DNA of 64,000 nt from Patescibacteria group bacterium (GTDB taxonomy: Bacteria; Patescibacteriota; Microgenomatia; UBA8517), in assembly GCA_041742135.1 (NCBI GenBank), contig JBGSJG010000008.1, forward strand, positions 96,518-160,517, read 5' to 3'. The notes beneath the pieces were generated by a model. It was not told the origin of the DNA. It worked only from the letters and a program-made list of their open reading frames with translations, and searched no databases. Position numbers and translations under genes: made by a program. Shown one piece after another: positions 37,046 through 45,418 of this stretch; position 1 is the stretch's first letter; every line of letters begins with the position of its first letter.

Positions 37046-38126
37046 CCGCGTAAATAAGTGGGGTGGAGCTGAGCGAGTCCTTTTGGCCTTGCATAAGATG
37101 TTCCCTATGGCCCCGCTTTATACATCGGTTTATAGCCGTCACGATGCCAAATGGGCGAGCGAGTTTTCAGAGGTCATAACCAGCTTTTTGCAAAAAGTCC
37201 CCCTCGCGAAAAATCACCACGAGTGGTTTGCGCCACTTATGCCGCTTGCTTTTGAAAGCTTTGATTTTTCTGAGTTTGACCTAGTAATTTCCGTCACGAG
37301 TGAATTCGCAAAAAGCATTATAGTCCCACCCGGGACTCGTCATGTTTGCTATTGCCTAACCCCCACAAGATATCTGTGGAGCGGGTACGAAGAGTACTTC
37401 AAAAACAAATTTCTAAAATACACATCATGGCCGATTGTGTATTGGCTTAGAAAGTTTGATAAAGCTGCGGCCCAACGACCAGATGTTGTGATTGCAATTT
37501 CAAGTCAAGTGCAAAACAGAATCAAGAAGTATTACGATCTGGATTCGCAAGTCATTTTCCCACCGACAAACACACTCCCGTCGCATCGCAAAAACTCGCT
37601 CCTTCGAGGGCCTTCGGCAGCCAGTCGCTCGTTTTCGCTAGACGCTAACTATTTTTTAATAGTAAGTAGACTGGTGCCATACAAAAAAGTAGATTTGGCA
37701 ATCCGAGTCTTTAACAAACTTGGGCTTCCGCTTGTTGTCGTAGGAACTGGATCAGAAGAAGCCAAGCTTAAAGCCATGGCAAAAAGCAATATATATTTTG
37801 CGAGGAATGTAACTGATGATGAGCTTGCGACGTATTACAAAAACTGCAAAGCCCTAGTGTTTCCTCAGGAAGAAGACTTCGGTCTAGTGGCAATTGAGGC
37901 TATGAGTTTTGGAAAACCTGTTATAGCATATAAAAAAGGAGGGGCTTTGGATTTTATCGAAGAGGGGGAAAACGGCATATTTTTTGATGAGCAAACTGAA
38001 GACAGTTTGTCCCACGCTGTAAAAAAGCTTTTCACAATGAAATGGAGTGATGATATAATAGTTTCCACAAGCTCTGAGTTTTCAGAAAAGAGGTTTAAAG
38101 AAGAGTTTGTTAAAATAATTTATTAA
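37023..38126 (+). CDS. GT4 glycosyltransferase
   Basis: EDFGLVAIEAMSFGKPVIAY. Start placed at the internal Met (MKVALVYDRVNKWGGAERVL) rather than the ORF-track start at 36966, which overlaps the upstream gene by 80 nt. Confidence 0.7.
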   Translation: MKVALVYDRVNKWGGAERVLLALHKMFPMAPLYTSVYSRHDAKWASEFSEVITSFLQKVPLAKNHHEWFAPLMPLAFESFDFSEFDLVISVTSEFAKSIIVPPGTRHVCYCLTPTRYLWSGYEEYFKNKFLKYTSWPIVYWLRKFDKAAAQRPDVVIAISSQVQNRIKKYYDLDSQVIFPPTNTLPSHRKNSLLRGPSAASRSFSLDANYFLIVSRLVPYKKVDLAIRVFNKLGLPLVVVGTGSEEAKLKAMAKSNIYFARNVTDDELATYYKNCKALVFPQEEDFGLVAIEAMSFGKPVIAYKKGGALDFIEEGENGIFFDEQTEDSLSHAVKKLFTMKWSDDIIVSTSSEFSEKRFKEEFVKIIY

Positions 38127-38127
38127 G

Positions 38128-39222
38128 ATGAAAATTGTAATTTTTTGCGGAGGGTATGGTACGCGGATGTGGCCAGCGAGCCGGAAGACTTTTCCAAAGC
38201 AGTTTTATCCGGTAGTTCACGGCAAGTCGTTCTTTCAAACTACTGTAAATCGTTTTAAAAAGGGCTTTAAGCCCGAGGACATTTTAGTTTCCACTGAAGA
38301 GCCATATGTTAAATATGTTCTTGAACAAGCTCCAGAAATACCTAGAGAAAATATTATTTTAGAACCTGAGAGGCGAGACCTTCTTGGGGCAGTAGGACTA
38401 ATTAGTGCAATTGTTGAAAAAAGGTTTCCAGGCGAGGTTATGTTTTTTTCATGGGCCGACCACTTCATATCAGATGAAGACAAATTCATCAAAGCTGTAA
38501 AAGCAGCTGCGGAATACACTAAAAATACAGGTGTGCCAGTTTCAGTTAACGAAAAGCCTACCTTTCCATCTGTGCACAATGGCTGGCTAGAGCAAGGCGA
38601 GCGGGTGAATAGGCAAGATGGTTTCTCGCTGTATCAGATTGTGCGATTTATTGAAAAACCTGATTTCAAGACGGCAAAAAAGTTCTTACGTGATAACGGT
38701 AAATACTATATCCACACCGGGTACGGCGCGTGGCGCTCTGATGAGATGCTCGGTTATTACAAAGAACATAGGCCGAACGAATATCGCGGGTTGGTCAAAA
38801 TCATGGAGGCGTACGGGACTTCAAGTTACGACTCAGTTTTAAAAACTGAATATCATAAGTTTGAGAAAATTTCTATTGAATATGGATTGTTTGAGCACTT
38901 GCCCGCAGATCTTAGGCTAAACATTCCAATCTCGGTAGGTTGGGAGGACGCTGGAACCTGGCAGCTTTTTTATAGTGCAATGTTAGAAAAGGGTGAGGAC
39001 ACAGTGATTGAAGGGAAGTCTGATATTGTCCAAATTGAATCGATCAAAAATCTTATTGTTGGTGAAGCCAGCAGAAACAAAGTGATCGCCATCGTTGGGC
39101 TCAAAAACATAGCAGTCATTGACACGGACGATGCACTTTTAATATGCGATATGGACAGCACTCAAAAAGTTAAAGAAGTATTTAAAGAACTGGAAGAAAA
39201 GGATCCTAGATATGTTAAATAG
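38128..39222 (+). CDS. Sugar-1-phosphate nucleotidyltransferase, mannose-1-phosphate guanylyltransferase-like (no PMI domain)
   Basis: 364 aa. N-terminal MKIVIFCGGYGTRMWPASRKTFPKQF (the G-x-G-T-R-x-W-P motif of ManC/GMP enzymes). Confidence 0.75.
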   Translation: MKIVIFCGGYGTRMWPASRKTFPKQFYPVVHGKSFFQTTVNRFKKGFKPEDILVSTEEPYVKYVLEQAPEIPRENIILEPERRDLLGAVGLISAIVEKRFPGEVMFFSWADHFISDEDKFIKAVKAAAEYTKNTGVPVSVNEKPTFPSVHNGWLEQGERVNRQDGFSLYQIVRFIEKPDFKTAKKFLRDNGKYYIHTGYGAWRSDEMLGYYKEHRPNEYRGLVKIMEAYGTSSYDSVLKTEYHKFEKISIEYGLFEHLPADLRLNIPISVGWEDAGTWQLFYSAMLEKGEDTVIEGKSDIVQIESIKNLIVGEASRNKVIAIVGLKNIAVIDTDDALLICDMDSTQKVKEVFKELEEKDPRYVK

Positions 39223-39238
39223 GACCGCATAGCTCGAC

Positions 39239-39901
39239 TTGCCCAATATGACTTACGAATTACTGAAAAGAACGATGGACATCCTCGGCTCCGTTGTTCT
39301 TTTAATTGCCTTTTCTCCTTTAATGCTTGCAACAGCCGTGGCAATAAAGCTAACTTCTCCAGGCCCAGTTTTAGTTGAAAAAACCAACTCTCACATGCGG
39401 CGAATGGGAAAAAACGGCAAACTTTTTAGACTTTACAAATTCCGCTCAATGATTGTCAAAGCCGATATTTTAGAGCGCACTGACCCAAAATATAAACATG
39501 TTTATCGCGAAAAGCACACAGGCGGGGCTTACAAACCCAAAAACGACAACAGAGTAACGCCAGTTGGCAAATTTATTCGCAAACATTCGATTGATGAAAT
39601 GCCACAATTGATCAATGTACTCAAAGGCGAAATGAGTGTGGTTGGGCCAAGGGCATATCTACCAGAGGAACTTAAGGAGCAGCAAAAAAAGTTTCCGGGA
39701 ACCGAAAAGTATGTAGGAGAGATGCTTACCGCCAAGCCCGGAATTACGGGTTACTGGCAGGTAACTGGGCGAAGCGATGTTAAGTTTGATCAGCGCATCC
39801 AGATGGATGCTTATTATGCTCGCAAACGCTCGATTTTTTTTGATATTTTGATAATGCTTAAAACCCCCTGGATAATGCTTACTGGAAAAGGCGCAGTCTG
39901 A
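39239..39901 (+). CDS. Small polyprenyl-phosphate sugar-1-phosphate transferase (PglC/WbaP C-terminal-type Bac_transf), the priming enzyme
   Basis: 220 aa. One N-terminal TM helix, then LYKFRSM...DEMPQLINVLKGEMSVVGPR, diagnostic of the bacterial sugar transferase family. Confidence 0.85.
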   Translation: MPNMTYELLKRTMDILGSVVLLIAFSPLMLATAVAIKLTSPGPVLVEKTNSHMRRMGKNGKLFRLYKFRSMIVKADILERTDPKYKHVYREKHTGGAYKPKNDNRVTPVGKFIRKHSIDEMPQLINVLKGEMSVVGPRAYLPEELKEQQKKFPGTEKYVGEMLTAKPGITGYWQVTGRSDVKFDQRIQMDAYYARKRSIFFDILIMLKTPWIMLTGKGAV

Positions 39902-39919
39902 TAGTATAGAATTTAACCT

Positions 39920-41971
39920 ATGCCACCAGAAGATATCCCACAAATAAAGCCGCCTTCTGTCTTAGATCCACCTCAGATCAAGCTTGCCCCGGAGCCTGTT
40001 TTAAGCTCCAACGAGCTCCACCTAGGTGCTGTTGAAGCAGATTTGCCTGTATTGGCAAAAAAAAGACGTTTCAAGCTTCCTAATTTCAAAATAAAATTAA
40101 AGAACAAGAAAGTGTTGCTCCGTGTAGGTTTAGTTCTTGGCGTACTTTTGGTTTTAGTGGCAATTTTAGTCATAGTTCCAGTACTATCGCTTGTGGGAAG
40201 TGGGCGAGCTCTGGCCACTGGTGCTGATAAGCTTAAAGCTTCGGTCGACTCAAAAGACATAACAGTTGTAAAAAGTAGCCTGCAGGATTTTCAAGCTAAA
40301 TTCCAAGATTTTGATTCTAAATACAAAAGACTGTCTTGGGCGGGAGCTTTGCCGTTTGTAGGCGTGTATTACAAAGATGGTATTGCAGGTTTAACAGCAG
40401 GCAAAAGCGCTCTGGAAGCTGGCTGGATCGTGACGGAAACAATCGAGCCCTATGCTGACATTATTGGATTTGGCGGACCCGGTGGAGAACTCGGTGACTC
40501 GGCGAACGACAGAATTGATTTCTTAATCCAGACTATTGGAAGCATCTTGCCTCGCGCAGACGAGCTTGTGGTTAAAGCCCGTGCCGCGAATGAAGAACTC
40601 GCAAAGATTGACCCCAATCGCTATCCTGAGGAGTTTCGTGGCATTGAAGTACGCGCAAAGCTGGCAAAATATTTGGAGCTTGCCCAAGAAGCAACAAACT
40701 TTATCGCTAACAGTAAGCCACTTTTGGAATCAGCCCCCTATCTTTTAGGTACTGATGCTCCCCGCACATATCTTCTAATTTTTCAAAACGACAAAGAGCT
40801 TCGGCCAACTGGCGGCTTTTTGACGGCTTATTCAATTGTCCAGGTGAGTAACGGCAAGATTCAGCCAGTGAGTTCAAATGATATTTACAATTTAGATAAC
40901 AAGTACACTCCAACGATTGAAGCGCCCGAGGTAATCCGCAAATACCTTGAAGGCCCTTATCTTATTTCAGACAACCTGAGGCTTCGCGATATGAATTGGT
41001 CGCCCGATTTTAAGGAAGCGATGGAGATGTTCTTGCCGGAAGCCGAGAAGGCGGGGATTGCGGATATCGATGGTGTTATCGCAGTGGACACACAAGTAGT
41101 TGTAAACATCCTAAATGCTATTGGCACAGTCGATGTTCCTGGATATGGGCAATATAGCACCAATCACGACGAGCGCTGTGCTTGCCCGCAAGTGATCTAC
41201 GAGCTTGAGAGTTTTGCCGATGTTGAAGGCCCGATCGTCTGGAGTGAAAACGAACCAGGGAAAATTGTATTTGCCCCGCCAAATTATTTGAATCGAAAGG
41301 AAATAGTGGGTCCTTTGATGAATTCGATTTTGTCCAACGCCCTGGGCCAGCCAAAAGAAAAATTGCCACTTTTGTTTGAAGCTGGTTGGAAAAGTTTAAT
41401 TGAAAAACATGTGCTTTTGTATATGTATGATGCAAAGGCTCAAGAAGGTGCTGAAGCATTTGGTGTAGCTGGTCAATTGAGTGAATTCGATGCGGACTAT
41501 GTCCACATTGTCGATGCCAACCTAGGAGGCAGAAAATCAAATTTATATGTAACGCAAGAAGTTCACCACGAGATTGAAATTGATGGCGAAGGAAATATCG
41601 TCAAGACGCTAGATGTCACCTATCAAAACCCAGAAAAATACGATGGGTGGCTAAATTCCGTGCTTCCTAATTGGACACGAATTTATTTGCCTAAAGGTAG
41701 CGAAATTTTGGACCAAGTTGGTTTTGAAGACCCGGGAGAAGTATATGAAGAGTTTGGAAAGACTGTAGTTTCTGGAGGCTTTGAGTTGCGCCCAGAAGGA
41801 GTCAAAAAAGTAACGATCAAATACAAGCTCCCTTTCAAAGCTAAAGACAAGTATGAACTGATGATTCAAAAACAGGCAGGCACAGACGCTCCTCTCCACA
41901 CAATTACTGTTGGTAAAAAGAGTGAAGAATTTTACCTTAGGAGTGATCGCACTCTTCGGATTGCGCTATGA
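39920..41971 (+). CDS. Large membrane-anchored extracytoplasmic protein of unknown function (size and context reminiscent of DUF4012 proteins that follow priming sugar transferases)
   Basis: 683 aa. A single TM at about residues 60-90 (VLLRVGLVLGVLLVLVAILVIVPVL), otherwise hydrophilic. DUF4012 attribution is unverified. Confidence 0.4.
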   Translation: MPPEDIPQIKPPSVLDPPQIKLAPEPVLSSNELHLGAVEADLPVLAKKRRFKLPNFKIKLKNKKVLLRVGLVLGVLLVLVAILVIVPVLSLVGSGRALATGADKLKASVDSKDITVVKSSLQDFQAKFQDFDSKYKRLSWAGALPFVGVYYKDGIAGLTAGKSALEAGWIVTETIEPYADIIGFGGPGGELGDSANDRIDFLIQTIGSILPRADELVVKARAANEELAKIDPNRYPEEFRGIEVRAKLAKYLELAQEATNFIANSKPLLESAPYLLGTDAPRTYLLIFQNDKELRPTGGFLTAYSIVQVSNGKIQPVSSNDIYNLDNKYTPTIEAPEVIRKYLEGPYLISDNLRLRDMNWSPDFKEAMEMFLPEAEKAGIADIDGVIAVDTQVVVNILNAIGTVDVPGYGQYSTNHDERCACPQVIYELESFADVEGPIVWSENEPGKIVFAPPNYLNRKEIVGPLMNSILSNALGQPKEKLPLLFEAGWKSLIEKHVLLYMYDAKAQEGAEAFGVAGQLSEFDADYVHIVDANLGGRKSNLYVTQEVHHEIEIDGEGNIVKTLDVTYQNPEKYDGWLNSVLPNWTRIYLPKGSEILDQVGFEDPGEVYEEFGKTVVSGGFELRPEGVKKVTIKYKLPFKAKDKYELMIQKQAGTDAPLHTITVGKKSEEFYLRSDRTLRIAL

Positions 41972-42510
41972 GCCATTCGTTAGTTTCTGAGGGCATCGTT
42001 TTGTCTGCCCGTCCCTACTCCGACGCCGACAAGATTGTCACTGTATTCACGCGAGATTTTGGGCGGATTGCCCTTTTGGCAAAAGGAGTAAAACGCCCCA
42101 AAAGCCGAAAACGTGGATCTCTTGAAGTCGCAAGCTACATCAAGTTTATCGCGCACCGTGGGCACGGAATGCCAATTGTTACTGAGGTCGAAATTCTCGA
42201 ATCTTTTTCTGAAATTCGAAAAGATTTAAAAAAAGTCGCAGTTGCATATTTTTTTATTGAAGTCGTGACGCGAGCCATGCGGGATGAGGAAAAAAATCTG
42301 GAAGTTTATACTCTGCTTTTGCAGTATTTAATCAGGCTAACTCAGGACGACAAATTAAAGGCCTTGCGCCGTCAGTTTAGTATCGAGCTTGCCCAGGAGT
42401 TAGGATTTATCCCGGAAAACCAGTTTGTTCCAGACGCTGATGAGATGATCGAAGCCATAATTGAGCGCAAACTAGGGAGCGTTAGAGTTGGCAAAAAGCT
42501 GCAACTCTAG
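41968..42510 (+). CDS. recO: DNA repair protein RecO (short form)
   Basis: 180 aa. N-terminal OB-fold region EGIVLSARPYSDADKIVTVFTRDFGRIALLAKGVKR typical of RecO. ATGA overlap with the upstream gene. Confidence 0.7.
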   Translation: MSHSLVSEGIVLSARPYSDADKIVTVFTRDFGRIALLAKGVKRPKSRKRGSLEVASYIKFIAHRGHGMPIVTEVEILESFSEIRKDLKKVAVAYFFIEVVTRAMRDEEKNLEVYTLLLQYLIRLTQDDKLKALRRQFSIELAQELGFIPENQFVPDADEMIEAIIERKLGSVRVGKKLQL

Positions 42511-42544
42511 AATATAAATTCGTAGTAAGTTACAATAGCCTCAG

Positions 42545-43924
42545 ATGGTAACACTCGAAGAAATCGTAGCACTTTGTAAGCGTCGAGGGTTTATTTTTCC
42601 GGGATCAGAAATTTACGGAGGGCTTGCCAATACTTACGACTACGGTCCTCACGGAGTTGAGCTCAAAAGAAACCTTCTAAATTATTGGTGGGATACTTTT
42701 GTCTCAAAGCGAGATGACATGTACGGCATCGATTCTTCAATTCTCATGAGCCCTAAGGTCTGGGAAGCCTCTGGGCACACGGCCAGTTTTACCAACGTGT
42801 TAATCGATTGCACCAATTGCCAATACCGCACTCGTGCTGACCATTTGATTGAAGATGGAATGCCTGATATCGGCAATGTTGAAGGAAAACCCTTAAGCGA
42901 ATTAGACGAAATTATTAGCGAAAATAAACTGCAATGTCCAAAATGCGGCAAAACCGCGTGGACCAAAGCCCGTAACTTTAACCAGCTTTTTGAAACTCAA
43001 GTAGGAATTATCACTTCTGGAAAAAATACTGCGTATCTGCGCGGAGAGCTTGCTCAGGGAATGTTTGTAAACTTTAAATCCGTAATGGATAGTATTCACC
43101 CAAAGCTTCCGTTTGGACTTGCGCAGTCAGGCAAAGCTTTTAGAAACGAAATAACGATGGGCAAGTTTACTTTCAGAACTTTGGAGTTTGATTTGGCCGA
43201 ATTTGAGTATTTCGTTGATCCTTCTGAGTGGGAAAAATGGTTTGAGTATTGGAAAGAGGCGATGTATCGCTTCGCGCTCTCACTTGGGTTTGCCGAGGAA
43301 AACCTGAGGTGGCGAAGTCACAGCAAAGAAGAGCTTAGCCATTATTCAAGTCGGACCGAGGACTTGGAATACAAGTTCCCTTGGGGGTACAAGGAAATGT
43401 GGGGCTTAGCTTATAGGACAGATTTTGACCTTAAAAATCACATGGAAAAAAGTGGCGTAGATTTGCGCTACACAAACCCTGTTTCAAACGATAAGTTTAT
43501 TCCTCATGTCTTGGAGCCTACATTTGGGCTCTCGAGGCTGATCACTATAATTTTAATGAATTCGTATTTTTATGACGAAGAGAAAAAGCGAGTGGTTTTG
43601 AAGCTGCCTGCTATTTTGGCACCGTATAAAGTAGCTGTATTTCCTCTACTTCCTAATAAACCAGAGTTGGTTGAGAAGGCAAAAGAGATTTATCAGTCGC
43701 TAAGTGAAAAATTCGCAACAGCTTGGGACGACCGAGGAAACATTGGTAAGCGTTATGCAGCACAAGATGAAGTGGGAACCCCATGGTGTATAACTGTAGA
43801 CTTTGATACTTTGGAAAAGGCCGATGTCACGGTGCGAGATCGTGATACGGGGCAACAACAGCGCGTTTCTATTGACAAACTAACAGAGTTTATTCAAAAT
43901 GGTCTCACTGGGTCAAATGAATAA
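42545..43924 (+). CDS. glyQS: Glycine--tRNA ligase (alpha2 dimeric type)
   Basis: 459 aa. N-terminal CKRRGFIFPGSEIYGGLANTYDYGPHGVELKRN and a C-terminal anticodon-binding domain. Confidence 0.9.
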   Translation: MVTLEEIVALCKRRGFIFPGSEIYGGLANTYDYGPHGVELKRNLLNYWWDTFVSKRDDMYGIDSSILMSPKVWEASGHTASFTNVLIDCTNCQYRTRADHLIEDGMPDIGNVEGKPLSELDEIISENKLQCPKCGKTAWTKARNFNQLFETQVGIITSGKNTAYLRGELAQGMFVNFKSVMDSIHPKLPFGLAQSGKAFRNEITMGKFTFRTLEFDLAEFEYFVDPSEWEKWFEYWKEAMYRFALSLGFAEENLRWRSHSKEELSHYSSRTEDLEYKFPWGYKEMWGLAYRTDFDLKNHMEKSGVDLRYTNPVSNDKFIPHVLEPTFGLSRLITIILMNSYFYDEEKKRVVLKLPAILAPYKVAVFPLLPNKPELVEKAKEIYQSLSEKFATAWDDRGNIGKRYAAQDEVGTPWCITVDFDTLEKADVTVRDRDTGQQQRVSIDKLTEFIQNGLTGSNE

Positions 43925-44642
43925 GAAACTTCCATTAATTCTTCTTGCAGTAGCAGCAGTTGTAGTTTTAGCCTTTGTTCTAATGCGTGGCCGGGGTACT
44001 AGCAATACCTCAGAAGATGATAATGTTCCCGAGCTTCCGTTTTCGCAACGTCCATATACACAGCTTGTTCCTACAGAGGATGGTCACTATTTGAACATGA
44101 TTATTTCTAACATCAACGTTCCAGGAGCCGCCTCGATGGATTATGAGCTTTATTACGATACTGCCGAGGGGATTACCCAAGGGGTTCCGGGCAAAGTAAA
44201 TCTTGAAGGTAAAAATAGTGTTGAGCGCGAGCTTTTATTGGGGTCTGAGTCTTCTGGCAAGTTTAGGTACGACGAAGGAGTTGACGATGGAACTCTCACG
44301 CTTCGTTTTAGAGACCAAGGTGGCAAGCTTATTGGAAAAGTAGCTGGTCAGTGGGCGCTTTTGAGTGACACCGACAAATTAATGTCGGTCGATGGCAAGT
44401 TTACCTATACACTCGAAGAAGCAAGCGAAGATTACTTTGTAGTGATGCCAACGTTTGGCCTACCGGGCTCAGCCAACTTTGAAGTTGATATGGGGCCTTA
44501 CGGCGTCTTTGCTGCTATGGATGATGAGATGCCAGGCGCACTGAATTTAGGTGGCAATCTTTACATCTGGGACGGTACAGCTTGGGAAGCTCTATCTAGT
44601 GGTGAATCAGACAACCTCGGTGTATTTGTAACTTCAAAATAA
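43899..44642 (+). CDS. Hypothetical membrane-anchored secreted protein
   Basis: 247 aa. N-terminal TM (LPLILLAVAAVVVLAFVLM), then an acidic beta-rich domain. Confidence 0.4.
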   Translation: MVSLGQMNKKLPLILLAVAAVVVLAFVLMRGRGTSNTSEDDNVPELPFSQRPYTQLVPTEDGHYLNMIISNINVPGAASMDYELYYDTAEGITQGVPGKVNLEGKNSVERELLLGSESSGKFRYDEGVDDGTLTLRFRDQGGKLIGKVAGQWALLSDTDKLMSVDGKFTYTLEEASEDYFVVMPTFGLPGSANFEVDMGPYGVFAAMDDEMPGALNLGGNLYIWDGTAWEALSSGESDNLGVFVTSK

Positions 44643-44912
44643 GTAAATTTACTTTATAATAACCCCATGAGCGGTCCAGAACACTTAGAAGAAGAAACAG
44701 ATTTTCGCCCGGTGACAAGGATAAGTGATGCAACAGGCGAACGCGGTGCGATAACTACAGGTCTAAATGAAACAATCGCTGCAATCGAAGGATCGATTAA
44801 GGCAGACTCCGCAACCACAGGAGATCCAGACACAGACGTTCGGTTTGTAACCCACATAAATCAAGGGTCCAAATAACTTCAGCCTCACATTAATTTTCGT
44901 GTAAAGTTTGTA

Positions 44913-44967
44913 TTGACATGCCCGTGAAAACATATCAAAATGGTTGGTAGTGGTGAAAAGTGGTGAC
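44913..44967 (+). promoter_or_regulatory. Putative mraZ promoter (-35 TTGACA at 44913-44918) followed by three 10-bp-phased direct repeats TGGTTGgtag/TGGTGAaaag/TGGTGActgc (44941-44967), a candidate MraZ operator
   Basis: Read directly from the sequence. The repeat phasing and position (between the promoter and the mraZ start at 44984) mirror the E. coli MraZ binding site of three TGGGN direct repeats. Confidence 0.5.
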
Positions 44968-44983
44968 TGCCTAATCAAAATAT

Positions 44984-45418
44984 ATGTTAATAGGCAGCTA
45001 TCAGAGCAACTTAGGGGATAAACGAAGAGTTGCAGTACCTAAAAAATTTATAGAAAGTCTTGGGGAGAAACCAATAATTGCCAAGTGGTATGAAAACTGT
45101 TTGGTTTTGGTTAGCCAAGAATTTTGGGAAAAACTCTTAAACCGATTAACGGGTGGAAAAAAGACTGCCAGTTTGGGAGTTCGAGACATTGAAAGGTTTA
45201 TCTTGGGCTCAGCTTATGAAGTTGAACCAGATACACAGGGGAGAATAATTATTCCCGAATTATTGGCACATTACGGAGGACTCAAGCAAGAAGTAGTTTT
45301 TATAGGCTTGGGAGACCGGGTCGAGGTTTGGTCAAAGGAAGCTTGGGACAGCAAGGCCACAGAGCTTTCAAAGACCACCCGAGATTACATTGAAAGTTTA
45401 TCTGAAAGGGAAAATTAA
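44984..45418 (+). CDS. mraZ: Transcriptional regulator MraZ
   Basis: 144 aa. Two tandem MraZ/SpoVT-AbrB-like halves (GDKRRVAVPKKF ... DTQGRIIIPELL). First gene of the dcw cluster. Confidence 0.85.
   Translation: MLIGSYQSNLGDKRRVAVPKKFIESLGEKPIIAKWYENCLVLVSQEFWEKLLNRLTGGKKTASLGVRDIERFILGSAYEVEPDTQGRIIIPELLAHYGGLKQEVVFIGLGDRVEVWSKEAWDSKATELSKTTRDYIESLSEREN

Noticed and set aside
40957-41540. Antisense ORFs of 68 and 140 aa inside the 683-aa gene. Similar internal antisense ORFs occur at 53729..54142 within ddl, 60419..60811 within ftsA, and 52890..53297 within murE.
   Set aside because: They lie entirely inside confidently assigned genes with strong family motifs. Their translations are low-complexity with no motifs, so they are most likely spurious frames.
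44642-44666. Perfect 10-bp palindrome gtaaatttac just after the stop of 43899..44642, as a possible terminator
   Set aside because: The stem is AT-only and very short with no following T-tract, so it is unlikely to be a functional intrinsic terminator.
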